Notes: generated from the sequence alone by a model not told the origin. A DNA stretch of 64,000 nt from an uncultured Candidatus Rokubacteria bacterium (GCA_963708025.1 CAVPSB010000031.1:128001-192000); one strand, 5' to 3'; positions 41,977-52,170 are shown, counted from the first letter of the stretch. Made by a program: numbers and translations.

Positions 41977-42384
41977 ATGAGTGCGCGACTGCTGACAGCG
42001 TTCGCCTTGATCGTCTCGACGCTGACTGCCGCGGGATGTCAGACGGCACCGATCCGGAACGTCACGGGCGCTTCGCTGAGCGCGGCGCCGGGTACCACGC
42101 TCACCATGGACCAGGTTGCAAAAGCGATCGGGCGCGCCGGGCAGCGGCTCGGGTGGCAGATCGAGCAGGTCCGCCCGGGGGAATTGACCGGCACGCTGAA
42201 GCTCCGGAGTCACGTCGCCGTGGTGTCGATCACCCATGACACGTTGACCTTCAGCATCCGCTACCGTGAGAGCACGAATCTCTTGCAGAGTGGCCAGGAG
42301 ATCCACAAGCGCTACAACACCTGGGTGCGGAACCTCGAGATGGGGATTCAGCAGGAGGTGGCGATCGGCTCGGCCGCCCGCTGA
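41977..42384 (+). CDS. lipoprotein
   Basis: lipobox AAG-C; RLGW, IRY..S.NL, IHKRYNTWV.NL. Confidence 0.8.
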   Translation: MSARLLTAFALIVSTLTAAGCQTAPIRNVTGASLSAAPGTTLTMDQVAKAIGRAGQRLGWQIEQVRPGELTGTLKLRSHVAVVSITHDTLTFSIRYRESTNLLQSGQEIHKRYNTWVRNLEMGIQQEVAIGSAAR

Positions 42385-43109
42385 CCGCGGCGCCAGGTCC
42401 AGCGCCGCCGCCCCGAGCCGAGCGTGAGCCGGGACTCGGCCGACAGGAGCCAGCGGAGGAATTCGATCGCCCGGGGCCAGGGTGGCTCTCCCGGTCCCTT
42501 ACCGGCGTCGAGCCGGAGGGCGACGTCGTCGGCGTCGCCGAGGGCGCTCGTCAGCAGAAGGGCGACGGCGTAGGCGGCCGGCCGGTCATCGGCGAAAGGC
42601 GCGAAGACCGGCGGGAGCGGCTCATCCCCGACGACGAGGAGGACGGCGGGATCGGTGCCGCGCGCCAGGACGCTCTGCGCTTCGAGGAACGCGCAGGGGA
42701 AGGTGTCGTGGCCGGCGGCCATGGCGCAGGATGCCCGCCGGTTGCCGGCCGCGATGGAGAAGAGTCCGGCCTGGGTGTTGTGGACGGAGTGGCTGAAGCG
42801 GTTCGCCTTCAGCGGCTCCTGGCGCGCCAGCGCCTCGAGCAGCCCCACCGTGGCGGTCATGTCGCCGTACCGCGACGCGAACACGGTCGGCACGCGCGAG
42901 AGCTCATCCGGGGGACAGCAGTCGAACGCCACCCGGAGCATCATCCGACTCAGCCGGCCGCAGCGCCGGCGGAAGAGTGGCGGCAGGAACGCGACGTCCG
43001 GGGCGCCGTCGAGGGCCAGCAGCGCCGGCGCCCGGCACCAGGCGACCCACGCGGCCTGGTCCTCGAGGCCCGGCGCCCAAGCGGCCCACCGGCGGACGAG
43101 CGCGCTCAT
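42348..43109 (-). CDS. ketosynthase chain-length factor (ApeC-like)
   Basis: WAAWAPG, VFASRYG, FSHSVHN; no catalytic Cys. Confidence 0.88.
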   Translation of the reverse strand: MSALVRRWAAWAPGLEDQAAWVAWCRAPALLALDGAPDVAFLPPLFRRRCGRLSRMMLRVAFDCCPPDELSRVPTVFASRYGDMTATVGLLEALARQEPLKANRFSHSVHNTQAGLFSIAAGNRRASCAMAAGHDTFPCAFLEAQSVLARGTDPAVLLVVGDEPLPPVFAPFADDRPAAYAVALLLTSALGDADDVALRLDAGKGPGEPPWPRAIEFLRWLLSAESRLTLGSGRRRWTWRRGQRAAEPIATSC

Positions 43110-44317
43110 GGCGGCGGGCCGTCTCCGACGACGAGCGTGGAGTCGTTGCCGCCGAAGCCGAACGAGTTGCTCAGGAGCACGGCACGCCCCGGCGGCCGGG
43201 CGCGCTCGCCGGGCGCCACCAGCCGGATCGCGGGGAGGGCGGCATCCGGGACGCCGTCCCAGCAATGCGGCGGCAGGTCGAGGAGACCGTCGCGCCGCCG
43301 CGTGAGCATCAGCCAGCAGATGCCCAGCTCGATCGCGCCCGAGGCGCCGAGCGTGTGTCCCACCAGGGGCTTCGTCGAGCTGCAGGGCACCCGGTCACCG
43401 AGGACGCGGTTCACGGCCCTGGCCTCCATGGCGTCGTTCAGCGCGGTGCCCGTCCCGTGGAGATTGACGTAGCTGACCTCCCGGGCTTCCACCCCCGCGT
43501 CGTCGAGCGCCCGGAGCATCGCCATCTCGGCGCCGGTCCCCTCGGGGTCTGGAGCGGACATGTGGTGGGCCTCGCTGGCCGCCCCGGTCCCGAGGAGCTG
43601 GACGCCGCCGGGGTCCCGTGTGAGCAGGAACAGCGCGGAGCCTTCACCCAGCGTCAGGCCCTTCCGGTTGAGGCTGAACGGGTTGCTCGGCGCGTCGGAC
43701 ACCACCTGGAGCGCGCTGAAGCCGCCGGCGGTCAGCCGGCAGATCGAATCGGTTCCTCCGGCGACGACGGCGTCGCACACCCCCTGGGTGAGCAGCGCGC
43801 GGCCGGACTCGAGGGCCCGCGCTCCGGACGAGCAGGCCGTCGAGATCGTGTAGGCCGGTCCGGCGATCCCCGCGTACTCGGCGAGGAAGACGGCCACCCC
43901 GCCGAATTCCACCTGGACACAATCGAAGCTTGCGGGGAGGCGGCTGGTGCGACGGTGCTCGGCGATCGCCTCCTCGGCGGCGCCGATGCCCGCGGTGCTC
44001 GATCCGGCGACGATCCCGACGCGCTCGGGCCCGACCGCGGCCATGACTGCCCGCACCGTCGCCTCGATCTGCACGAAGGCGGCGAGCGACAGCGAGTTGT
44101 TCCGGCACGCGTGCCGGGACAGCGCCGCCGGGATCTCCGGCAGGCGGTCGGACACTTCGCCCACCAGCAGCGAGCGGCCCGGGACGAGGTCCTCGCGGCG
44201 ATGAAGACGAGACTGGTCGGCAGCCAGGACCCGCGACCAGATCGTGTCCAGGTCGCTCCCCAGGGCGTTCACCATCCCGAGAGCGGCCAGCGCGCAGGGG
44301 GCGGACGAGCGACTCAC
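43106..44317 (-). CDS. beta-ketoacyl-ACP synthase (ApeO-like)
   Basis: GMVNALG, ISTACSSG, NLHGTGT, KPLVGHTLGA, SNSFGFGG. Confidence 0.92.
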   Translation of the reverse strand: MSRSSAPCALAALGMVNALGSDLDTIWSRVLAADQSRLHRREDLVPGRSLLVGEVSDRLPEIPAALSRHACRNNSLSLAAFVQIEATVRAVMAAVGPERVGIVAGSSTAGIGAAEEAIAEHRRTSRLPASFDCVQVEFGGVAVFLAEYAGIAGPAYTISTACSSGARALESGRALLTQGVCDAVVAGGTDSICRLTAGGFSALQVVSDAPSNPFSLNRKGLTLGEGSALFLLTRDPGGVQLLGTGAASEAHHMSAPDPEGTGAEMAMLRALDDAGVEAREVSYVNLHGTGTALNDAMEARAVNRVLGDRVPCSSTKPLVGHTLGASGAIELGICWLMLTRRRDGLLDLPPHCWDGVPDAALPAIRLVAPGERARPPGRAVLLSNSFGFGGNDSTLVVGDGPPP

Positions 44318-44342
44318 GCCACGGTCGGCCGCCGATGCGGCA

Positions 44343-45620
44343 CTAGCCGGTGTCTTCGCGGAGAGTGGCGCGGGCGATCTCGAGGAACCGCGCGAGGTCG
44401 GCATCCGTGTGGGCCAGGGAGAGGTAGAGCTTGGTGGACATCGGGTTCAGGAAGATGCCGCGCCGGAAGAGGCCGAGGAGAAAGGCCCGCCGCCTGGCTC
44501 CGTCGGCGTGGAAGGCGCTCCGGTAGTCGACGACGTCCCGGTCGGTGAACACGACGGCGGCCAGCGGGCCGTCGCCCTGGACCTGGGCGGTGACGCCCTC
44601 CTCCTTCAGGACGGCGCGGAGTCCCGCCCGGAGCGACTCGCCGAGGGCGAAGAGCCGGTCGTACGTCCCCGGCTGGCGCAGCTCCCCGAGCGTGGCGAGC
44701 GCCGCTGCCGACGAGACGGGGTTGCCGCCGACGCTGGAGGCGAACCACACGTAGCCCGGCTGGCCGAGCCGGTCCTCGCGGACGAGGTCGAGGAGATCGG
44801 CCCGCCCGACGACGGCGCCGATCGGGTAACCGCCGCCCAGGGCCTTGCCGAGCGCCGCCAGGTCCGGCTCCACGCCGTAGTACTCCTGGGCGCCGCCGTA
44901 CGCCAGGCGGAAGCCGGTGACGGTCTCGTCGAAGATCAGGGGCAGGCCGAGCCGCCGCGTCCGGTCGCGCAGGCCCTGGAGGAACCCCGGGCGGGGGGGC
45001 GTGCACCGGTGGAGCGGCTCGACGATCACGCCGGCCAGCTCGTCCCGGTGGGCGTCCAGGATCGCCGCCGTCGTCTCGAGGTCGTTGAACGGGGCGACGA
45101 GTATGTCTGCGACCGCCCCGGCGCCCAGGCCGGCCGAGGTCGCCTCCCCCCGGGGGAATGGGAGCAGCTCGCGCGGGAAGAGGCTGACCGTGCCGATCTC
45201 GTTGGCGCCGTGGTACGCGCCCTCGAACTTGAGGATCTTCGGCCGCCCGGTGGCCGCGCGGGCCAGCCGGACGGCGTAGGCGGTCGCCTCGGTGCCCGAG
45301 GCGCAGAAGCGGACGCGCCGGGCACACGGGACGGCGTGGACCAGCGCCTCGGCCAGCTCGAGCGTCGGCGCGCTCACGTAGGCGAAGTTGGCGCCGAGCG
45401 CGGCCTGGCGGCGCGCCGCCTCGGTGACGGCCGGATGGGCGTGGCCGAGGAGGACCGACCCCCAGCCCATGGTGAAGTCGAGGAAGGCGCGCCCGTCGGT
45501 GTCCCAGACGGTCGCCCCCTCGCCGCGGGCGAGGACGACGGTCAGCCCGGCCGGCAGGTTGTACTCGCCGAGCGAGCCGCCGGGGAAGACGGCCCACGCG
45601 CGCTCGGCCGGCGTCGCCAT
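44343..45620 (-). CDS. class III aminotransferase (GSA aminomutase-like)
   Basis: SGTEAT, KFEGAYHG, LIFDETVTGFR, LGKALGGG. Confidence 0.9.
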   Translation of the reverse strand: MATPAERAWAVFPGGSLGEYNLPAGLTVVLARGEGATVWDTDGRAFLDFTMGWGSVLLGHAHPAVTEAARRQAALGANFAYVSAPTLELAEALVHAVPCARRVRFCASGTEATAYAVRLARAATGRPKILKFEGAYHGANEIGTVSLFPRELLPFPRGEATSAGLGAGAVADILVAPFNDLETTAAILDAHRDELAGVIVEPLHRCTPPRPGFLQGLRDRTRRLGLPLIFDETVTGFRLAYGGAQEYYGVEPDLAALGKALGGGYPIGAVVGRADLLDLVREDRLGQPGYVWFASSVGGNPVSSAAALATLGELRQPGTYDRLFALGESLRAGLRAVLKEEGVTAQVQGDGPLAAVVFTDRDVVDYRSAFHADGARRRAFLLGLFRRGIFLNPMSTKLYLSLAHTDADLARFLEIARATLREDTG

Positions 45621-45698
45621 GATCCCGGATTATGACCGCGACGCCGGCGCTGTCAACGCGCTTGCCGGGAGTGGTAGGCTGGGAGCGAGGAGGCGTCC

Positions 45699-46106
45699 AT
45701 GGCCGACAGGATCGTCAAGTCCGACGCGGAGTGGCGAGCGCAGCTCACCCCGGAGCAGTACCGGGTGCTCCGGAAGCACGGCACCGAGGGCGCGTTCACG
45801 GGGGAGTACCATGACTCGAAGGCGCCCGGGGTGTACCGCTGCGCCGGCTGCGGGACCCCGCTGTTCCGCTCCGAGACGAAGTTCGACTCGGGGACGGGGT
45901 GGCCGAGCTTCTTCGAGCCGATCGGTCCGGAGGCCGTGAGCACCACCGAGGACAACAGCTGGTTCATGCGACGGACCGAGGTCCGCTGCGCCCGGTGTGA
46001 GGGGCACCTCGGCCACGTCTTCGACGACGGGCCGCCGCCCACCGGCCTGCGCTACTGCATGAACTCGGCGGCGCTCCGCCTGGAGCCCTCGGACAAGCCG
46101 TCGTGA
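45699..46106 (+). CDS. msrB: methionine-R-sulfoxide reductase
   Basis: [27 protein letters not shown]. Confidence 0.97.
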   Translation: MADRIVKSDAEWRAQLTPEQYRVLRKHGTEGAFTGEYHDSKAPGVYRCAGCGTPLFRSETKFDSGTGWPSFFEPIGPEAVSTTEDNSWFMRRTEVRCARCEGHLGHVFDDGPPPTGLRYCMNSAALRLEPSDKPS

Positions 46107-46999
46107 CGCCGACCCTCCGGTCGGTCTCGGAGGTGGTGGACAGCGTCCGCACCCTGGAAGGCGCCGGCTTCGCCGTCCGGCGTCCGTTCCCGTCGCCCCG
46201 GCTGGACCACGTGGACCCCTTCCTGCTCCTCGACGAAATGGGGCCGATGGACCTCGGACCGGGCGAGGCGAAGGGGGCCCCCGACCACCCGCACCGCGGC
46301 TTCGAGACCGTGACCTACGTCCTGTCCGGGCGGATGGCGCACCGAGACTCGCACGGCCACGCCGGGCAGCTCGGCCCCGGCGACGTCCAGTGGATGACGG
46401 CGGGCGCCGGCGTGATCCACTCCGAGATGCCCGAGGAGGAGTTCCGGCGGGCCGGCGGCCGGATGCACGGGTTCCAGCTCTGGGTCAACCTGCCCCGGCG
46501 CGACAAGCTGATGGCGCCGCGCTATCAGGAATTCCCGGCCGCCCAGATCCCGACGGGCCGGAGCGATGGCGACGGTGTGACCGTGCGGGTGCTGGCCGGC
46601 GAGGCGCTCGAGGCTCGCGCGGTGATCGACACGCGGACCCCGATCGTCTACCTTCACTACACGCTCCAGCCGGGCGCCCGCACCGTGCAGCCGGTGCCGG
46701 CCGCGTTCACCGCGCTCGCCTACGTGTTCGGCGGCGAGGGACGCTTCGGGACGGACGAGCGGGCCGCCCGCGACGGTCAGCTCGTGATTTTCGCCGGTGA
46801 CGGCGACGCGGTCGCGGTGGCGGCGCCCGCGGGGGCGGCCCGCCCGCTGGAGCTCCTGCTGCTCGCCGGCCAGCCGCTCCGCGAGCCGGTCGCCCGCTAC
46901 GGCCCGTTCGTCATGAACACGCCGGGCGAGATCCGCCAGGCCCTGCTCGACTACGAGAGCGGCCGCTTCGGCCGGATCGAGAGCCCGGACGCGGTCTGA
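46103..46999 (+). CDS. pirin family protein
   Basis: [41 protein letters not shown]. Confidence 0.95.
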   Translation: MTPTLRSVSEVVDSVRTLEGAGFAVRRPFPSPRLDHVDPFLLLDEMGPMDLGPGEAKGAPDHPHRGFETVTYVLSGRMAHRDSHGHAGQLGPGDVQWMTAGAGVIHSEMPEEEFRRAGGRMHGFQLWVNLPRRDKLMAPRYQEFPAAQIPTGRSDGDGVTVRVLAGEALEARAVIDTRTPIVYLHYTLQPGARTVQPVPAAFTALAYVFGGEGRFGTDERAARDGQLVIFAGDGDAVAVAAPAGAARPLELLLLAGQPLREPVARYGPFVMNTPGEIRQALLDYESGRFGRIESPDAV

Positions 47000-47015
47000 T
47001 CCCGTTTCCGGGCCT

Positions 47016-47432
47016 TCACTCCTTGGCGGCCAGGAGGCCCACGATCGCCACCAGGCGCCGGGCATCGACGGGCTTGGGCACGTGATACTGGAACCCCGCT
47101 CGCAAGATCTGAGCCCGATCCTCCGCGCTCCAGAGCCCTGTCAGCGCCGCCGCGGGGGTCTGCCCGCCACGGCCGACCGGCAGCGCGCGCACCTTCCGGA
47201 TCAATGCGTAGCCATCCTCACCGGGCATCTCGATGTCCGTGATCAGCACATCCGGTCGCTCGCGCTCCAGGATCTCGAGCGCCTCCCGCGCCCCCGGGGC
47301 CGCCGTCACCACCGCCCCGAAGCGCTCGAGCAGCAGCGTGATGACGTCGCGCACCGCGGCATGGTCGTCGACGAGCAGTACCCGCAGACCCTCGAGTGGT
47401 GGAATTGGGTCGGCCAGGGCGGGCTGGCTCAT
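47016..47432 (-). CDS. single-domain response regulator
   Basis: VLLVDD, DVLITDIEMP..DG, ALT, KP. Confidence 0.9.
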   Translation of the reverse strand: MSQPALADPIPPLEGLRVLLVDDHAAVRDVITLLLERFGAVVTAAPGAREALEILERERPDVLITDIEMPGEDGYALIRKVRALPVGRGGQTPAAALTGLWSAEDRAQILRAGFQYHVPKPVDARRLVAIVGLLAAKE

Positions 47433-47854
47433 GGGACTCTCCGGACGGCAGCGTTCTCCAGCGCCTGGCGCACCGCCTGAACGACGAGCTCGAACAGATC
47501 CGGCTTGCCGATGATGGACAGCTGGACGTCGACGGGGGGTAACACGATCTTCAGGGCCTCGTCATTCGTCGTGGCCAGGATCCATCCGCGGCGCTTGAGC
47601 CCGTCTGTCGTCCCCAGCAGGCGAAGGAAGTTGAGATGCTCTTCATACGCTCGCGGGAGGTCGAACAGGACGACATCCGGATCGTGTTCATCGAGGAAGG
47701 CGACGAGGTCCAGGACGCCGCTCTGGATCTCTGCGATCCGTCCGAGGACGGTCTGGAACCCGTGGTCCTCGAGGGCCCGCGCCAGCATCTCGATCACGTC
47801 ATCGGCAGAGTTGAAGATTGCCACGACCGGCCTGGGTCGGCTTACCTCTGGCAC
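47429..47854 (-). CDS. atypical receiver-domain protein
   Basis: VVAIFNS, DVVLFDL, ATT, GKP; first acidic pair replaced. Confidence 0.7.
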   Translation of the reverse strand: MPEVSRPRPVVAIFNSADDVIEMLARALEDHGFQTVLGRIAEIQSGVLDLVAFLDEHDPDVVLFDLPRAYEEHLNFLRLLGTTDGLKRRGWILATTNDEALKIVLPPVDVQLSIIGKPDLFELVVQAVRQALENAAVRRVP

Positions 47855-48085
47855 ACTTCACCATTCCTGTCCTGCCGGTTCACGCGGTGACGGCCGTCAG
47901 TAAGACCCGGCCCTCCGTCGTGCAAGCCGACTGTCGAGACCCAAGGAGGCAAGATACGCTCACCCGGGACTCCGGACGGTGGGACTACTCGGACAGCCTA
48001 GACATCCTGCGGGATGGGTAGGCCAGCAAAGCGCGACCCAGAGGCCTCCAGCTCCCCTGATGGCCGGAATGGAGGGAACGACGAC

Positions 48086-48114
48086 ACTATAGACCGCCGG
48101 GCTCGGGTTGTCAA
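48086..48114 (-). promoter_or_regulatory. near-consensus sigma70 promoter
   Basis: TTGACA-17 nt-TATAGT on the minus strand. Confidence 0.7.
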
Positions 48115-48191
48115 CGGAATGATCCCGGTCGTCGTGAAACAGTTCACGATGGGCGGGACCGCCGGATCGGGCGGGTCGAGGTCGGAGAGGT

Positions 48192-49037
48192 TCAGCCGGC
48201 CGTCGGGATCCCGAAGGCCTCGCGCATCCCCTGCAGGCCCTGCTGCTGGACCGTCCAGAACCGGCCCCCGGTCAGCCCACCGTCGACGACGATGTCCTGC
48301 CCGGTGATGAAGCTCGACTCGTCGCTGGCCAGGAAGACCGCGGCGCTCGCGATGTCCTCGGGCATCCCGGCCCGCGGAACGGGCTGGAGGCCGGCGAAGA
48401 TCTTCGCGACGATGGGGGCGGTCGCCTCGGCCTGCTCGGTGGGGAGCCCCAGGGCCTTGCCGAAGATGCCGGTGACGATGCCGCCGGGGGAGAGGCTGTT
48501 GACCCGCACGTGGTGCTCGGCGAGCTGCATCGCGGCCACGCGCGAGAGGTGGATGACGGCGGCCTTGGCCGCCGCGTAGATCATGGACGACGAGTAGCCG
48601 GCCCGGGTGCCGGCGACGCTGGCGGTGTTGATGATGCTGCCGCTCCGCTGCCGCATCATGATCGGGGCGGCGTGCTTCATGCCGGCCAGCACGCCGCCGA
48701 AGAGAACGGCCATTGCCCGCTCGGCGCCGTCGAGCGGGATCGTCTCGATCCCGCCCACGGGCGCCGGGCCGCCGGCGTTGTTGAACAGGCAGTCGAGCCG
48801 CCCGTAGCGGGCGAGCGTGAAGTCGATCACCGCCTTCACGTCGGCCTCGCGGGCGACGTCCGTCCGGACGAACTCGACGGTCTTCCCGAGGGCCCGGGCC
48901 AGCGCCTGGCCCTCCGCCTCCCGGCGGGCGGCCACCACCACACAGGCGCCCTCCTCGACGAAGCGCTCGACGGCGCGCTTGCCGATGCCGCTGGTGCCGC
49001 CGGTGATGATCGCGATCTTCCCCTCGAGTCGACCCAT
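48192..49037 (-). CDS. short-chain dehydrogenase/reductase
   Basis: TGGTSGIG, NNAG, YAAAK, VVDGG. Confidence 0.93.
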   Translation of the reverse strand: MGRLEGKIAIITGGTSGIGKRAVERFVEEGACVVVAARREAEGQALARALGKTVEFVRTDVAREADVKAVIDFTLARYGRLDCLFNNAGGPAPVGGIETIPLDGAERAMAVLFGGVLAGMKHAAPIMMRQRSGSIINTASVAGTRAGYSSSMIYAAAKAAVIHLSRVAAMQLAEHHVRVNSLSPGGIVTGIFGKALGLPTEQAEATAPIVAKIFAGLQPVPRAGMPEDIASAAVFLASDESSFITGQDIVVDGGLTGGRFWTVQQQGLQGMREAFGIPTAG

Positions 49038-49042
49038 CCGGG

Positions 49043-51361
49043 TCACGCCTTCTTCTGGATCGCGCGCCAGACGCGCTCGGGCCGGATCGGCATGTCGAGG
49101 TGCCGCACGCCGAACGGCCGGAGGGCGTCGACCACCGCGTTGACGATGGCCGGCGTCGAGCCGATGGTCGCCGCCTCGCCGATGCCCTTGGCCCCCATCG
49201 GGTTGAACGGCGTCGGCGTCACCGTCTGATCGGTGACGAAGGATGGCAGGTCGTCGGCGCGCGGGACGGCGTAGTCCATGAGGGAGCCGGTGACGAGCTG
49301 GCCCTCGGGGCTGTAGACCAGCTCCTCCAGCAGGGCCTGGGCGATGCCCTGGGCGAGCCCCCCGTGCACCTGGCCGGCGACCAGCATCGGGCTGATCCGC
49401 ACGCCGCAGTCGTCAACCGAGTAGAACGCGCGCACCGTGACCTGCCCGGTCTCGCGATCCACCTCGACCACGGCCACGTGGGCCCCGAACGGATAGATGA
49501 GCTGGGCCGGCCGGAAGAAGTCGCTCGCCTCCAGGCCGTTCTCCAGGCCCTCGGGCAGGTCCGCGCCGTAGGCGCGGCCGGCGATCTCGCGCAGCGCGAG
49601 GCTGCGCGCCGGCACCCCCTTGACCTGGTAGCGGCCGTCCGCCAGCGTCACGTCCTCGAAGGCGGCCTCCAGCATGTGGGCCGCGACCCGGCGGGCTTTC
49701 TCCTGCACCTTGTGCGTGGCGCCTAGCATGGCGGAGCCCCCCACGGCCAGGCTCCGGCTCCCGCCGGTGCCGTTCCCCATCGGCGTGTTGGCGGTGTCGC
49801 CGTGCCGGACCACGACCTGGTCGAAGTCCACCCCGAGGTGGTCGGCGATGATCTGGGCGAAGGTGGTCTCGTGCCCCTGGCCGTGGGGCGAGGTGCCGGT
49901 GAACGCGGTGACGGTGCCGGTCGGCTCCACCCGCACCACCGCGCTCTCGAACGGGCCGAAGCCGCACATCTCGACGTAGCACGCCAGCCCGACGCCGAGG
50001 AGCTTCCGGTCGCCCTTCTGCACGCGCTCCTTCTGCTCGGCGCGGAGCTTCGCATAGCCGGAGATCTCCAGCGCCTTCGTCAGCGCCCGGTCGTACTCGC
50101 CGCTGTCGTAGCGCTGGCCGGTCGGCGTCATGTACGGGAAGGCTTCAGGCGGGATGAAGTTCTTCCGCCGCACCGCCTCGGGGGCCAGGCCCAGCTCGGC
50201 CGCCACCAGGTCGACGAGGCGCTCCAGGTAGTAGGCGGCCTCCGGCCGTCCGGCGCCGCGGTAAGCGGCGACCGGGGTCGTGTTGGTGAACACGCAGGTG
50301 ACCTTCAGGTCGACGTTGGGGACCTTGTAGACGCCGACGCCCATCATGAGCGTGAGGTCCGGGATGAAGGTGAAGATCGGGTAGGCGCCGACGTTGGCGA
50401 CCACCCGCATGCGGAACGCGGTGATGGTCCCGTCGGCCTCGACCGCCGCCTCCATGTCGGTGACGTGGTCCCGCCCGTGGGTGGTGGCGAGCATGTGCTC
50501 GAGCCGGGTCTCGCCCCAGCGGACCGGAATCCGGTAGCGGTGGGCGATGGCCGCCAGCACGGCGTCCTCGGGATAGAGGCCGAACTTCACGCCGAAGCCG
50601 CCGCCCACCTCGGGGGCGATGACCCGGACCATGTTCTCGGGCAGGCCGAGCGCGGTCGCGATGTCCTTCCGCTGGATGTGGGGCGCCTGGGTGGTCGTCC
50701 AGACGACGAGGCCGTCCGTCGCCCGGTCGGGCGCCGCCAGCGTGGCCCGGGGCTCCAGCGGCACGCCGCACAGCCGCTGGTTGACCATCCGCTGCTTGAC
50801 CACGCGGTGGGCGCGGCCGAACGCCGCGTCGGCATCGCCGGCCGTGATCTGGTTCTCGTGCTCGACGTTCCGGGGGGCGTCGGCGAAGAGCTGGGGCGCG
50901 CCGTCGGCCATGGCCTGGAACGGATCGACGACGGCGGCCAGGGGCTCCCAGTCCACCTGGACCTCGGCGGCGGCGTTGACGGCCAGGGCCTCGGAGGTGG
51001 CCACCACCGCGGCCACCGCCTCGCCCACGTGCCGCACGAGGTCCACCGACAGCGCATGGTGCTGCCGGCCGGGGGCGCCGCTGCTGGCCCCCCCCTCCGC
51101 CGAGACCGAGGCGAGCGGGACCGGGGCCACGCGACCGGCCAGGTCCCGACCGGTCAGCACCGCGAAGACGCCCGGCCGCTTCGCCGCCGCCGAGGTGTCG
51201 ATGCTCCGGATCCGGGCGTGCGCGTGCGGACTTCGGACGAAGGTGACGAAGTGCATCCCCGGCAGCGTGATGTCGGTCGTGTAGGTCGAAGCACCCGTGA
51301 TCAGCCGCGGGTCCTCCTTCCGCTTGACCTCGGCGCCCATGAGCTTGAGCGGACCAGGCAT
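49043..51361 (-). CDS. xanthine dehydrogenase-family molybdopterin-binding subunit (form II CoxL-like)
   Basis: RKEDPRLITG, GGGFG.K, AYRGAGRPE, HGQGHET, GQVHGG, GAKGIGE. Confidence 0.92.
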   Translation of the reverse strand: MPGPLKLMGAEVKRKEDPRLITGASTYTTDITLPGMHFVTFVRSPHAHARIRSIDTSAAAKRPGVFAVLTGRDLAGRVAPVPLASVSAEGGASSGAPGRQHHALSVDLVRHVGEAVAAVVATSEALAVNAAAEVQVDWEPLAAVVDPFQAMADGAPQLFADAPRNVEHENQITAGDADAAFGRAHRVVKQRMVNQRLCGVPLEPRATLAAPDRATDGLVVWTTTQAPHIQRKDIATALGLPENMVRVIAPEVGGGFGVKFGLYPEDAVLAAIAHRYRIPVRWGETRLEHMLATTHGRDHVTDMEAAVEADGTITAFRMRVVANVGAYPIFTFIPDLTLMMGVGVYKVPNVDLKVTCVFTNTTPVAAYRGAGRPEAAYYLERLVDLVAAELGLAPEAVRRKNFIPPEAFPYMTPTGQRYDSGEYDRALTKALEISGYAKLRAEQKERVQKGDRKLLGVGLACYVEMCGFGPFESAVVRVEPTGTVTAFTGTSPHGQGHETTFAQIIADHLGVDFDQVVVRHGDTANTPMGNGTGGSRSLAVGGSAMLGATHKVQEKARRVAAHMLEAAFEDVTLADGRYQVKGVPARSLALREIAGRAYGADLPEGLENGLEASDFFRPAQLIYPFGAHVAVVEVDRETGQVTVRAFYSVDDCGVRISPMLVAGQVHGGLAQGIAQALLEELVYSPEGQLVTGSLMDYAVPRADDLPSFVTDQTVTPTPFNPMGAKGIGEAATIGSTPAIVNAVVDALRPFGVRHLDMPIRPERVWRAIQKKA

Positions 51362-51376
51362 ACCCGAGTTCTCCTT

Positions 51377-51416
51377 CCGTCAGTGGCCGTCAGTGGCCGT
51401 CAGTGGCCGTCAGTAG
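51377..51416. repeat. 10-bp tandem repeat x4
   Basis: CCGTCAGTGG x3 plus CCGTCAGTAG, next to the coxL-like RBS. Confidence 0.9.
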
Positions 51417-51794
51417 CCTTCGGTTGCGGGTGGTGGGGCAGGGGCCCCCGTCCCAAGGTAGAACAAACTGGCGAAACGTCAATGCGTCCCCCGGCCCGGC
51501 CACCAGGGACCGCCGTGCCGCCGGAGCGAAGGGGCTCGGCGAGGCGCCCCGCCGCATCGCCGTCGGCGCTGGCCGCATCTTCGCGGCTTCGCGGCCGACC
51601 CTGCCCCGGCCGGGGCTCGGGATCCTCGCGGGGGGGCGGCGGAGGAACTTGCCCGTGGCGCCAGCGTGACGCGGGCCCTCCGCGCGGTCGAGCCTCGCGG
51701 ACCGACGGGGGTACCGGCCCGAAGCGTGTCCGCGTCCGTGGCCGCCCCCGTATCGATCCGTGAGCACGGCGCGCCGCCGCCCGCCAGCCTCCGC

Positions 51795-51854
51795 GGCCTT
51801 GCCCGGGTCCGCTGTGTCGACTGCGCGTTCGAGCGGCTGGTGCCCTTCTCGTGT
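51795..51854 (+). mobile_element. IS91-family transposase zinc-binding-domain remnant
   Basis: GLARVRCVDCAFERLVPFSC matches the G(F)ARVRCxxC...LVxFSC(K) motif; ends abruptly. Confidence 0.65.
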
Positions 51855-52006
51855 TGTCCGGAGCTGAATACTATCTGGAGCTTCTGCTCCGGAGGTCCGT
51901 AGGAGCACCGCCTGGTCAGCCCGCTCGGGCGCTGGCAGGAGCCGGGTTTCTGGAGATAGTTTCTCCCCGGGGGCACGCGATGGTGGCGGCCCCAGGGAGG
52001 AAGCGC

Positions 52007-52170
52007 ATGCCTGTCTGCTCCCCGATTCCAGTTCTCGGGCTGTCGGCCGTCCAGTCGCGAGCCTTCCGGATCCTCGTCGGCGCGTACGAACGGAGACTCG
52101 TCCGGACCGGGTACCACCCCACGGTCGTCCGGCTTCATCTCCACTCCATCGCGCACCTCGGCGTGTGGTT
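52007..52170 (+). pseudogene. possible N-terminal remnant of a RIT-type tyrosine recombinase
   Basis: LVGAYERRLVRTGYHPTVVRLHLHSIAHLGVW resembles integrase N-termini; GGAGG RBS. Confidence 0.4.

Noticed and set aside
44343-45620. hemL assignment
   Set aside because: Family motifs only; no tetrapyrrole gene context and divergent N-terminus
49043-51361. Aerobic CO dehydrogenase (form I)
   Set aside because: Active-site loop is AYRGAGR, not AYxCSFR, and accessory genes are absent
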